Positions 37,026 to 46,559 of a DNA stretch of 64,000 nucleotides are shown here, in pieces (positions within the stretch are counted from its first letter, which is position 1; the number at the start of each line of letters is the position of its first letter). The notes beneath the pieces were generated by a model. It had not been told where the DNA came from. It saw nothing but the letters and a program-made list of their open reading frames with translations, and did not search any database. This DNA comes from Candidatus Nomurabacteria bacterium. Its GTDB lineage: Bacteria; Patescibacteriota; Minisyncoccia; Phycocordibacterales; JACOZG01. A program made the position numbers and the translations under genes. Location of the stretch: the NCBI GenBank assembly GCA_020847275.1, contig JADLCI010000001.1:2540-66539 (forward strand). Direction: 5' to 3'.

Positions 37026-38363
37026 ATGAAAAAGACCAAAACCACCAAATCAGTAAAAGCTCCTAAGAAAAAGAACTTGGGTGAAGCTTCGATTCAAATA
37101 CCAAAAGGGATGCGCGACTTCTTCGACTCAGAATCTTATCACCTGCAGGGTTTTGCTGAGAAAGCGGCAGAAATTGCTACCTACTATGGCTTCCGCCCAA
37201 TTGAAACCCCAATTATGGAGCAGACCAACCTCTTCACTCGGGCGGTGGGAGAAGCCACCGACATTGTTGAAAAAGAAATATACACCCTGCGCACGAAAGG
37301 TGGTGACCAACTTGCCCTTCGACCAGAATTAACCGCACCAATCATGCGAGCCTATTTTGAGCTCGGTCTACAATCTGAACCACAACCAATCCTTCTCTAT
37401 TCTTATGGCCCCGTTTTCCGTCACGACAAACCTCAACGCGGACGTTATCGTGAATTCCGTCAATTCGACATGGAAGCAATCGGGACAAGCAAGGCGGTGG
37501 CCGATGCGATGATTATTAAGGTGACGATGCTCATATTAAACGAGGCGGGCTTCGAAAATTTACGCCTAGAACTCAACAGCCTCGGCGACAAAGATTGCCG
37601 TCAAAATTACCGCCGAGAACTAATTAATTACTACAAAAAACACCTACGCGATGTTTGTACCGACTGCCGAGAACGATTCAAAACTAACCCACTTCGTCTA
37701 CTCGATTGTAAAAACCCAGAATGTCAACCAATCAAGTCTGGCGCACCATCTTCCATCAGTTTTCTTTGCCACGACTGCCAAAAACATTTTCAAGAAGTTT
37801 TGGAATACCTAGAAATGATGGGCCTTGCTTACGAGATAAACAATAACCTAGTACGCGGATTAGACTATTACTCGCGGACTGTTTTTGAAATAACAGAAGC
37901 AGCGCCGCCCGACAATCCCGACAACTCCCCTATTCTCACGCTAGCCGCTGGTGGTCGCTATGATTATCTCGCGCGCGCGATTGGGAACAAGAAAGATGTG
38001 CCGGCCGTGGGCGTAGCAATCGGCGTAGATCGTTTATCGGTCTCCCCCAACTACAAGCCGCTTAACCCACGGATAATCAAGAAGCCAAAAATCTTTTTTA
38101 TTCAACTTTCTTTTGACGCCAAGTTAAAAAGTTTTGCGGTAATTGAGACCTTAAGAAAGGCAAAGATTCCGGTCGCGCAATCACTCTCTAAAGATTCCTT
38201 GGGCGCCCAATTGGCCATAGCTGAACGCCTCGCCGTTCCCCTCACCATCATCCTGGGGCAAAAGGAGGCAATGGAAGGTACCGTCATTGTTAGAAATATG
38301 CAAAATCGCTCCCAAGAAACAGTTAAAATTGCCGACCTTGCAGAACACATTAAGTCGTGTTAG
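37026..38363 (+). CDS. hisS: histidyl-tRNA synthetase
   Basis: 445 aa; class II motifs, the HisA/HisB regions and a C-terminal anticodon-binding domain. Confidence 0.9.
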   Translation: MKKTKTTKSVKAPKKKNLGEASIQIPKGMRDFFDSESYHLQGFAEKAAEIATYYGFRPIETPIMEQTNLFTRAVGEATDIVEKEIYTLRTKGGDQLALRPELTAPIMRAYFELGLQSEPQPILLYSYGPVFRHDKPQRGRYREFRQFDMEAIGTSKAVADAMIIKVTMLILNEAGFENLRLELNSLGDKDCRQNYRRELINYYKKHLRDVCTDCRERFKTNPLRLLDCKNPECQPIKSGAPSSISFLCHDCQKHFQEVLEYLEMMGLAYEINNNLVRGLDYYSRTVFEITEAAPPDNPDNSPILTLAAGGRYDYLARAIGNKKDVPAVGVAIGVDRLSVSPNYKPLNPRIIKKPKIFFIQLSFDAKLKSFAVIETLRKAKIPVAQSLSKDSLGAQLAIAERLAVPLTIILGQKEAMEGTVIVRNMQNRSQETVKIADLAEHIKSC

Positions 38364-38375
38364 GTTTAAGTACCC

Positions 38376-38597
38376 ATGGTTACGGTAATTGAGGTAACAC
38401 GCGAGGGAAACGAGTCTAACTCAAGCGTTATGCGACGTTTTTCGAAGCGCGTCCAAACCTCCGGTGTTATTCGTCGAGTGAAAAGCTTGAAGGCCGCCGA
38501 GCGACCACAATCTCACTACAAACGCAAGAAATCAGCCCTCAAGCGTCTAAAGCGCCGTACAGAGTATGAACGGCTTAAGAAACTGGGAAAAAATTAA
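38376..38597 (+). CDS. rpsU: 30S ribosomal protein S21
   Basis: 73 aa; basic S21 signature (RRFSKRV...GVIRRVKSL...KRKKSALKRLKRR). Confidence 0.85.
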   Translation: MVTVIEVTREGNESNSSVMRRFSKRVQTSGVIRRVKSLKAAERPQSHYKRKKSALKRLKRRTEYERLKKLGKN

Positions 38598-38877
38598 ATG
38601 CGAAGTCCTGGGCGACGCTTACGACCTAAGCGTCGCTTTCGTAACCGACCGTAAGTCAACTCATAATGTTTTAAGCTATCCGCTTAGTTCTGAGTCGGGT
38701 GAAATTTTGATTAATAAAAAAAGGGCAAAAAAAGATGGTTACACTCCGCTAGAGCTTTTTATCCACGGACTTCTTCATTTGAAAGGCATGCGTCATGGTA
38801 GTAGAATGGAAAGTGAGGAAAAGAAATTAATTAAACTCTTCACTTCTAATGGCCCGTCACATCGTCGCCGGACTTGA
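38566..38877 (+). CDS. ybeY: rRNA maturation endoribonuclease YbeY (short)
   Basis: 103 aa; DLSVAFVTD...VLSYPL and the metal site HGLLHLKGMRHG (H3xH5xH); overlaps the rpsU 3' end. Confidence 0.6.
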   Translation: MNGLRNWEKIKCEVLGDAYDLSVAFVTDRKSTHNVLSYPLSSESGEILINKKRAKKDGYTPLELFIHGLLHLKGMRHGSRMESEEKKLIKLFTSNGPSHRRRT

Positions 38878-40018
38878 TATCGGAACCGCGAGTATTCGTC
38901 TCGTTGTCAGTGAAGTGGTGCCCGAATCAAGTTCTCCGCGCGTACTCTGTCAGGTCAAAAAAGATTCACGCGGTTTGAGGCGCGGTTACATCATCAACCC
39001 CGACGAAACACTAGAAAATCTCAAAGACGCGGTGAAAGAAGCAGAACGTCAGACCAAAATTAAATTAAAGAGCGTTTTACTTTCCATCGGTGGCATAACC
39101 CTAGACGCTAAAGTTGCAAGTGGCCAGGTAACAATCTCCCGGGCGGATCAAGAAGTAAGCGACGCTGACCAGAAACGTGCCTTGGAGACCGCCCGTGCTT
39201 CTCTTGGAGATTTCCCCAACCGCCAGGTTATCCATCAAATTCCACTTAGCTTTAAGCTAGACGGGGAGAAGGTGCTCGGTCAGCCAGTGGGTCTTCGCGG
39301 CAATAAGCTGGAAGTAAAAGTACTTTTTATCCACTCGCTATCTCAACACCTAAATGATCTCATTCGTGTCGTTGGTCTAGCGGGGCTTAGCGTAGACGAT
39401 GTCGTCGCGGCGCCACTGGCGGGCAGTTTCTCTACCCTTTCAACCACCCAGAAAATGGCAGGTGTCGCCTTGGTGAATATCGGCTCGCAAACTACCTCAA
39501 TTATTACTTTTGAAGAAGGGATCCCCCTATCTCTCCAGGTTTTTCCCTTTGGTTCCAATGATGTCACCAATGACATTGCGCTCGGCCTGAAAGTTTCACT
39601 TGAGGAAGCCGAACAGTTAAAGCTTGGTGGTAACCAGAATCAGGCGGTGGGTCTGAAGAAAAAACTAGACGAGATAATAGAGGCCCGTCTTACTGACATT
39701 TTCGAGTCTGTGGAAGCACATTTGAAAAAGATCGGTCGCAACAGTCTTCTCCCGGCCGGCATTATTATTGTGGGTGATGGTGGTAATTTAGAAAACATTG
39801 AACGACTTGCCAAAACCTCACTACGCTTACCGGCCCGCTTATTCGACCCGCTTCAGGCACCACAGCTCAAAACCCAAATTAGAGATGCCTCATGGGTCGT
39901 GGCCTATGGCCTTTGTCTCTTCGGCTTTGGACTTGTTTCCGAGGAACCACTTGGAACAACGTTGGTTCAGACAACTAAATCATCTTTCGTTCGTTGGATC
40001 AAAGAATTTTGGCCGTAA
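38849..40018 (+). CDS. ftsA: cell division protein FtsA
   Basis: 389 aa; actin-fold phosphate-1 GLDIGTASIRLVV, VNIGSQTTSIITFEEG and GIIIVGDGGNL. Confidence 0.85.
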   Translation: MARHIVAGLDIGTASIRLVVSEVVPESSSPRVLCQVKKDSRGLRRGYIINPDETLENLKDAVKEAERQTKIKLKSVLLSIGGITLDAKVASGQVTISRADQEVSDADQKRALETARASLGDFPNRQVIHQIPLSFKLDGEKVLGQPVGLRGNKLEVKVLFIHSLSQHLNDLIRVVGLAGLSVDDVVAAPLAGSFSTLSTTQKMAGVALVNIGSQTTSIITFEEGIPLSLQVFPFGSNDVTNDIALGLKVSLEEAEQLKLGGNQNQAVGLKKKLDEIIEARLTDIFESVEAHLKKIGRNSLLPAGIIIVGDGGNLENIERLAKTSLRLPARLFDPLQAPQLKTQIRDASWVVAYGLCLFGFGLVSEEPLGTTLVQTTKSSFVRWIKEFWP

Positions 40019-40030
40019 AAGTTTTGAGAA

Positions 40031-41221
40031 TTAGGTGTTTTTGTAGTGTCGTAAAAAATCTAATTTATACTCCTCAAAGTTGTTGTCCAGAATTGACTGA
40101 CGAATTTTTTTAACTAAGTTGACCGAGAAATAAAGGTTGTGAATAGAGGCGAGTGTTGCCCCAAGCATTTCTCTAGCACGGAAGAGATGCGCAAGATAGG
40201 CCCTGGAATATTTTTTACAGGTATAACATAGACAGCCATCCTCAACGGGAGTAAGATCATCACGATATCTAGCATTGAGAATATTTAGACGGCCAACTCT
40301 CGTTTGTAATGTCCCGTTGCGCGCCATTCGTGTGGGTGCAACGCAGTCGAAAGTATCAGCGCCATTTTCGACACCGACAAAAAAATCTAGGGGCTCACCA
40401 ATGCCCAAGAGATGCCTCGGTTTCTCTTCGGGTAAAATATTATTGACCCAAACCAAAACCTCGTTGACCTCCTCTTTTGTATAAGAACCACCAATACCGA
40501 ACCCCTCGAACCCTAGTTCGCTGATTTTTCTGGCACTCTCCTCTCGCAAATCCTGGAAACGGCCGCCCTGTACAATTCCCCACAGACTTTGCTCGCCACT
40601 TTTGTCTAATTTCTGATGTTTTAGCAAACTACGTTCTGCCCAAGAGTGAGTCCGTGCTAGTGATTTGTCATGATATTCATGGTCGTGTAGAGGCGAGGTG
40701 CACTCATCGAAAGTAAAAATGATGTCTGCGCCCAACTGATATTGGATTTCCATCGAACTTTCTGGGGTAAATCGGTGTTCCGCACCATCTAGAGGTGAGC
40801 GGAAGTTTACTCCATCATCATCTACTCTTGCCGGTCGAGCAGAAGAATTCTCTATTTTCTTGTAATTTTCTACCTCATCACGATTTACAAATTTGGTGAG
40901 CGAGCTATCAAATCCAGCCCCAAGTGAGAATACCTGGAAACCACCAGAATCTGTAAAGGTCGGCCCGCTCCAATTCATAAATCTCCCTAGTCCGCCAGAT
41001 TTAGCAACTAAGTCTGGACCAGGCTCAAGAAAGAGATGGTAAGTATTGGCCAAAACCGCTTCCGCGCCAATGGAAGTAACCTGCTCTGGGGTCAAAGACT
41101 TTACCGTGGCCTTAGTGCCAACCACAATAAAAGCTGGGGTGTTAATCTCCCCATGCGGAGTAGAAATTGTCCCTGCGCGACCTAAACCTCGCGCTAATTT
41201 TTTCTCGATTTTAAATTTCAT
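40031..41221 (-). CDS. tgt: queuine tRNA-ribosyltransferase
   Basis: 396 aa; TIM barrel with GGFQVFSLG, the catalytic Asp regions and a Zn site CLCYTCKKYSRAYLAH. Confidence 0.9.
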   Translation of the reverse strand: MKFKIEKKLARGLGRAGTISTPHGEINTPAFIVVGTKATVKSLTPEQVTSIGAEAVLANTYHLFLEPGPDLVAKSGGLGRFMNWSGPTFTDSGGFQVFSLGAGFDSSLTKFVNRDEVENYKKIENSSARPARVDDDGVNFRSPLDGAEHRFTPESSMEIQYQLGADIIFTFDECTSPLHDHEYHDKSLARTHSWAERSLLKHQKLDKSGEQSLWGIVQGGRFQDLREESARKISELGFEGFGIGGSYTKEEVNEVLVWVNNILPEEKPRHLLGIGEPLDFFVGVENGADTFDCVAPTRMARNGTLQTRVGRLNILNARYRDDLTPVEDGCLCYTCKKYSRAYLAHLFRAREMLGATLASIHNLYFSVNLVKKIRQSILDNNFEEYKLDFLRHYKNT

Positions 41222-43206
41222 CAGTAAACTGGATTACAAGACTTACAGACACCAAGTTCTTCTAGCTTATCTAAGTAAAGGACGAGAGTATTCACAAATT
41301 CCGCATGACTCCAAACCAGCGGGGTTGCCGAGAGTGGTCCGCCAGTTTCCGGGTTTAATTGTTCAGACAGAATCCCCGCTTCACTTGCGTGTTTGGCAAC
41401 CCAGTCTAACGTGTCTTTCACGCTAGCCAAATCTTCTTCGTTCTTTGCCTGTCTAATCTCATACTGGGCCAACCAGAGTGTCGTGATAAACCAGGGATTA
41501 CCAGGCACCGCCGCACCGGTGTGTCCATAACCGTCATTCTGGTAACGAGCAAAGCCCCCAACCGAGGTATGCACCGCGAGCGTATCGCGGGCAACCACAC
41601 TAGCCCGTACCAGTCGCGGATCACTCGGCGGTAAAATACCGAAAAATGATATTCCATGAACACTTGAGAGATCAATGATTTCGTCACGAGCGGCACCACC
41701 AGCCGCGTCAATCAGCTGACCAAAAAAGAATCCGGTCTTTTCGTCATATAAATCCCGTAGAATTGCGTCCCTAACCTCAGAGGCGGCTTGTTGGTAGAGA
41801 ACTGAACCCTCTTCCTTCCCGAGCAATTTTGCAAAGCGTGACGCGGCCTCCAGTGCGCCAAAGACGGCGCTGGCGGTAAAGACACTCACACCAAACTTCT
41901 CCTCCCAAAGATTATAAGATGGTCGCGGTAATCCCGTCTTGAGATCGCGATAAATCACCATAAAATCCGCGGTGGCCTTAATCAATGAATTATAAATTTC
42001 TTCGATAAACTCGATATCCTTAGAAATCTGGTAATACTGCCAAAGAGAAGAAAGCACAAGGGCCGTTTCATCCTCCTGAATTGGCAACTCTGGCCGCCCA
42101 TCACGCATCCACGGATGCCAAGAACTACCGAGAGATTTGTCTGGACTATACTTATGCATCAAGTATTCGCCTCCATCCAGAATGTCGTTACAAAACATGA
42201 AAAACCGCCGGGCAACATTAAGATCGCCAGCGCGCGCCAGTGCCAGCGCAGCGAAAGCAGCGTCACGCGGCCAAACATAGTTGTAGGTGTCTCTCCCCCC
42301 CTGTTGGAAAATTTGAAAATCCGTCGAAGCGACAATGCCGCCAGCCGAATCGGCGTGAGCACGAATTATGAAAAGTGACTTTTGAAATAGAGAAATCACA
42401 TCCTTCGATAAACCGTGGAAACTCCAGTTTTGTCTGCTAACCCAGGCCCGCCAGAAGTCACGCGTTGTCTCAACCAAGTGACTAGGGCTGTTCTGAACTA
42501 CATAGTAGTTGAGACGCAGAACTTCGGTGATTGAGCGCCCCACAGTGAGCCAATAATAAAGGGTTTTTTCCTCCCCCGATTGATACTTCGCCGACAAACC
42601 AATGACCGAATCAGCTCGTCCATGTTCAATCGGATTCTGAGACAAGATCCCGTCAAAGGCATCAGTGTGCGTCCCCTCTTTACCTTCTGTCTCAAAAATG
42701 CCGGTGGAATAATCATCAAAATCTTTACCTTCTAACCTGGCATTGACCAAGAAAGCGCGCTGATTGCGATAATGAATAACGGCATGGTGATTGGGGTCAA
42801 AATAGGCCGTGTGAGCCGCATGTGACTCATATAATTCAAACTGTTGTGCAAAAAATATCTTTATATCTCGTTCATGTTGCGCCATGTTCTTAACGATAAG
42901 TTTCCTGACAAAAATATTCTTCTCATTGTAAACCAGATCATTAAACATAATCGAAACCTCAAACCTTTCATTAACGGCTGAAATATTGCTCGCAAAAGTG
43001 CCATCCTCATAATCAATCTTTATCTTCCAGGTATCATCACTGGTCCAGGATAATCTACCGTCAACAAAGACCCCAACACGGTGAACATAGTGACCACCGA
43101 GTTGATTCTCCAGACCAACGTGAGGAAAGTAAAAATCCCGAACCTGCCCAGCGGTATCTAGGTTGACAAGAATCTGGCCATTCCCCAAAACTAACGCTCT
43201 AGACAT
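41221..43206 (-). CDS. glycoside hydrolase family 15 (glucoamylase/glucodextranase-like)
   Basis: 661 aa; (alpha/alpha)6 barrel motifs YNYVWPRDAAF, LWEE and PLVWSHAEF. Confidence 0.8.
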   Translation of the reverse strand: MSRALVLGNGQILVNLDTAGQVRDFYFPHVGLENQLGGHYVHRVGVFVDGRLSWTSDDTWKIKIDYEDGTFASNISAVNERFEVSIMFNDLVYNEKNIFVRKLIVKNMAQHERDIKIFFAQQFELYESHAAHTAYFDPNHHAVIHYRNQRAFLVNARLEGKDFDDYSTGIFETEGKEGTHTDAFDGILSQNPIEHGRADSVIGLSAKYQSGEEKTLYYWLTVGRSITEVLRLNYYVVQNSPSHLVETTRDFWRAWVSRQNWSFHGLSKDVISLFQKSLFIIRAHADSAGGIVASTDFQIFQQGGRDTYNYVWPRDAAFAALALARAGDLNVARRFFMFCNDILDGGEYLMHKYSPDKSLGSSWHPWMRDGRPELPIQEDETALVLSSLWQYYQISKDIEFIEEIYNSLIKATADFMVIYRDLKTGLPRPSYNLWEEKFGVSVFTASAVFGALEAASRFAKLLGKEEGSVLYQQAASEVRDAILRDLYDEKTGFFFGQLIDAAGGAARDEIIDLSSVHGISFFGILPPSDPRLVRASVVARDTLAVHTSVGGFARYQNDGYGHTGAAVPGNPWFITTLWLAQYEIRQAKNEEDLASVKDTLDWVAKHASEAGILSEQLNPETGGPLSATPLVWSHAEFVNTLVLYLDKLEELGVCKSCNPVY

Positions 43207-44404
43207 TTACTTTTTCTCTGGTTCTTAATTCTAAATCGGTTACAACATTCATAAAGGAAATAAACGCGTCATATGGTGATTCATACGGTGAGAAATATTT
43301 ATGAACATCTCCATCGTTCCACCACTTAGTACACATGTAGTATAAATGATCGGATGTTAGCAATCTACGCCAACTTTCGATTAGGGCTTCATTTTTAGTG
43401 CGCAAAATCGGCTTCTCTAAAGCGTAAACCTTCCGTGCCGCATCTTGCTGCATCGGATTCCCAAGCCACGCAGAAAGATCGCGCTCAGTGTCGGCCCAAG
43501 AATAGAAATGGGGCGCATCAATTTCCCCCTTCGACTCAAATCGACGAAGCGCCTCAGAAACAGTAACAAAACTATTATCTCTATGTTGCAAAATTTCCGT
43601 CGGAAGTGAGCGCAAGAAATCAAAAATACCCGTATCCGCCCATTGGTGTTCACCAAAAGTTTCATAATCCATAAACAAATTTACTACTTCGCCGGAACCA
43701 TTTAAGGCTGAAACCCACGAAGCAAACTTAGGAGCGGACAGTGGCCACTCACTCCAATCACGAGAAGAAAAACGGAAAGCGATATCGTCGGATAGTTTGT
43801 AATTTTTTAATAGCAACTTCAAACCGCTAGTCCCCGACGGGGAATAGACGAAATTGGGGCTACGCCAACCAAGAATGTGGTCAGCGCCTTCGGCCAAAAT
43901 ACCACGAAAACCGAGTTCAGAAATTTCTCGCGCTAAATCGTTGTTATAAACTAGTTCCGTGTGACGAAAAACCTCTGGCTCGTAATTAAACAAATCAATA
44001 ATCTTCCGCCGATGTAGGCGTACTTGCTTGCGGAATTCTGTCGGCGAATAAAGATAGGCAAGCGAATGATGATAGGTTTCATTCAAAAGTTCCACCCTCC
44101 CTGTCTTCACCAGGTTCTGAAACGACACAAGAGCATCGGGCGCGTACTCTTCCATTTGCTCTAAGGCCACCCCAGAAATAGAAAAGGAAACTTTAAACTC
44201 TGGATGTCGTTCTAACAATTCTCCAATTACTTGATTGGTCGGTAAATAGCATTTCTCGGCGACCTTACGCATAATCTTCCGATTATTCGTATCGGCCTCA
44301 CTAGAGTCATTGAAATAATGTTCATCGTGCCCAATGTCAAACACCCGATACTTCTTGATTCGGCGTGGTTGGTGAACCTGAAAATAGAAACAAACTGCGG
44401 GCAT
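43199..44404 (-). CDS. glycoside hydrolase family 57 (alpha-amylase/branching-enzyme type)
   Basis: 401 aa; N-terminal FYFQVHQPRR (the GH57 HQP motif) and a following (beta/alpha)7 region. Confidence 0.7.
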   Translation of the reverse strand: MPAVCFYFQVHQPRRIKKYRVFDIGHDEHYFNDSSEADTNNRKIMRKVAEKCYLPTNQVIGELLERHPEFKVSFSISGVALEQMEEYAPDALVSFQNLVKTGRVELLNETYHHSLAYLYSPTEFRKQVRLHRRKIIDLFNYEPEVFRHTELVYNNDLAREISELGFRGILAEGADHILGWRSPNFVYSPSGTSGLKLLLKNYKLSDDIAFRFSSRDWSEWPLSAPKFASWVSALNGSGEVVNLFMDYETFGEHQWADTGIFDFLRSLPTEILQHRDNSFVTVSEALRRFESKGEIDAPHFYSWADTERDLSAWLGNPMQQDAARKVYALEKPILRTKNEALIESWRRLLTSDHLYYMCTKWWNDGDVHKYFSPYESPYDAFISFMNVVTDLELRTREKVNV

Positions 44405-44415
44405 AGACCCTCATT

Positions 44416-45594
44416 TTAACATAACTCTCGGTAAATCCTGATACATTTTTCGGCGGCCGCATCCCAAGTCACCCGCCTGACTTCCTCTTGCCCACTCCTA
44501 GCTAATGTTTGCTGTAAACTACCATGCTCAAGGACAGACAGAATCTGATTGGTCATCTCATCAATATCCCAAAAATCAACCTTGAGTGCATGCCTAAGTA
44601 CCTCAGAGACACCAGATTGCCTAGAGACAAGCACCGGCGTCCCTGCGGCAAGAGATTCGAGGGGTGTAATTCCAAATGGTTCAGAAACTGAAGGTAAAAT
44701 ATATAAATCAGCCGCCTGATAGAGACGCGTCAACTCTTCACCCCGAAGGAAACCGGGGAAAAAGATGCGGTCCGAGAGACCAAGTTGGGCGGTTAAATCC
44801 ATCATCTTCGGCGCCATATCACCAGCTCCAGCCATTACAAAATAAGTATTGGGTGCAAACTTTAGTACTCTACGGGCAACAAGGATGAAGTAATCAGGGC
44901 CTTTTTGCAAAGTAATCCGACCGACGAAAAGTACAATTTTGTTCCCGCGAGCACGGAGTGCAGTAAGCGCCTCTGGTAAATTGATATTACTTTCAACACG
45001 AACACCGTTGTGAACCACCTCAATCTTCTCAGGAGCGATACCATAATGTCGCACGATCAACTGCTTCGTCCAATCAGATACGGCGATAACTTTTACCGCC
45101 TGCTCCATGCCCATTTTTTCAATCTGGTAAACATCCTGGTTGATACTATTACCACCACCGCGGTCAAACTCGGTAGCGTGCACGTGGACAACGAGCGGTT
45201 TACCGCTGACCTTTCTCGCCGCCAACCCAGCCGGGAAAGAAAGCCAATCGTGAGCATGAATGATGTCGAAATTTTCTCTCCTGGCAAGTCGCTCTGCCCG
45301 ACGAGCATAGAGTTTCACCTCGTCCATCAAGCTCAGACCACTCGCATCATGGCTTTCCTCATCGCCTTTTGCATAAGCGGAAAACATCACCCGCTCTAGT
45401 CCCCGCGCTGGAGTTGGTCCAGCAAAAATTAAACGAAATTTACTAGAATCAATCGGCAGTTTTTGGGGTAACACAAAAATTATCTCGACTGATTTTTCAG
45501 TAAGAGCGTCGACAAGACCTTCACAAGCAGTACCAAGACCACCACTATTGTGGGGCGGAAGCTCCCACCCGAACATCAAGACCCGGGGTGACAT
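44416..45594 (-). CDS. glycogen/alpha-glucan synthase-like glycosyltransferase (GT-B, GT4/GT5)
   Basis: 392 aa; N-terminal FGWELPPHNSGGLGT, a C-terminal GT-B domain with an E..E motif (PSVSEPFGITPLESLAAGTPV). Confidence 0.7.
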   Translation of the reverse strand: MSPRVLMFGWELPPHNSGGLGTACEGLVDALTEKSVEIIFVLPQKLPIDSSKFRLIFAGPTPARGLERVMFSAYAKGDEESHDASGLSLMDEVKLYARRAERLARRENFDIIHAHDWLSFPAGLAARKVSGKPLVVHVHATEFDRGGGNSINQDVYQIEKMGMEQAVKVIAVSDWTKQLIVRHYGIAPEKIEVVHNGVRVESNINLPEALTALRARGNKIVLFVGRITLQKGPDYFILVARRVLKFAPNTYFVMAGAGDMAPKMMDLTAQLGLSDRIFFPGFLRGEELTRLYQAADLYILPSVSEPFGITPLESLAAGTPVLVSRQSGVSEVLRHALKVDFWDIDEMTNQILSVLEHGSLQQTLARSGQEEVRRVTWDAAAEKCIRIYRELC

Positions 45595-45617
45595 AAGCTA
45601 CCATATTATACAACAAA

Positions 45618-46544
45618 CTATTGCGAGAGCGGTGCTTCGATTTGTAGATAACTCGTTTGAAGTTTACTGACAAAGAATTCTTTGTTTACAAGAAGAACAC
45701 CAAAAAGTACGAGGATTAGAAGCAACCCGTTCACGATGATATGCGGGTGCTGAATTTTAATTCTGATAAAAAAGTTAAGAAGGAAGGCAACAATGGCCAG
45801 AGCAAGAAGGGAATAATAGACCTTACTGGAGACGGTATGTAGACGCGTGGCTAGAATCTGCCAATAACTTAGCTTCGTTGCCGCTACCGCCGCACCAAGC
45901 ACCTGATTAAGGCGTGGCGAATCATCAGGCGATTCACTAATGTTAATACTGGCGAGGGTCTGCGTGGTGGCAATAGCGGGTTTACCAAAAAACTGGACGA
46001 CAAAGAGAGTATTGCGACCTTGATAATTCCCAGCCGCCACGCCGATACCAATTTCGCTAAAAACTGGCCGAATCAGGTTAGCCTCGTGGGTCGGTGAACG
46101 CCGCCACGCTTCTGCAACATCACGAGAATCAAAGAAGTTGACGGCCAGGTTCTCACCAGCATAACTAAACTTGTATCCCACTTTATCCAGCCAAGTCCAC
46201 GGCTCCTCTCCCTCGGGACTTTGGTGTGAGAAGTAGCCACGGGTCGCCATGTCCTCAGCTTTCAATTGCGCCGCCCGCGTTAGCAAGGAGTTGGTTTCTA
46301 AGTCAGGTAAAGAAGTCGCCTGTCTTGTCTCGTTGGTGAGAGCCACCAGAGCTTCCGGTAGAACCGCAGCAAGGAAGCCATTACGTGGCAAAACAAAGAA
46401 AGAAGGAATCACTACGGCCGCCTCAATCAGCACCACCAACACCAGCAGGGCAACCACACTCCCCTCGCGCAAAAAATGCGGTTGGTGAGTATTGTCATCA
46501 TGTGGGATGAAATACTTCTTGAATCGTTCTAGCCAGCGATTCAT
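45618..46544 (-). CDS. CAP (SCP/PR-1/YkwD-like) domain membrane protein
   Basis: 308 aa; TM, a CAP motif (GYFSHQSPEGE...YAGENLA...AWRRSPTHEANL), and C-terminal TM helices. Confidence 0.6.
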   Translation of the reverse strand: MNRWLERFKKYFIPHDDNTHQPHFLREGSVVALLVLVVLIEAAVVIPSFFVLPRNGFLAAVLPEALVALTNETRQATSLPDLETNSLLTRAAQLKAEDMATRGYFSHQSPEGEEPWTWLDKVGYKFSYAGENLAVNFFDSRDVAEAWRRSPTHEANLIRPVFSEIGIGVAAGNYQGRNTLFVVQFFGKPAIATTQTLASINISESPDDSPRLNQVLGAAVAATKLSYWQILATRLHTVSSKVYYSLLALAIVAFLLNFFIRIKIQHPHIIVNGLLLILVLFGVLLVNKEFFVSKLQTSYLQIEAPLSQ

Positions 46545-46559
46545 TTACTTAACTAAGAA

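Noticed and set aside
38598-38654. 18-codon Arg-rich ORF (MRSPGRRLRPKRRFRNRP) right after the rpsU stop
   Set aside because: It overlaps the conserved N-terminal region of ybeY in another frame and matches no ribosomal protein signature (L34/L36).
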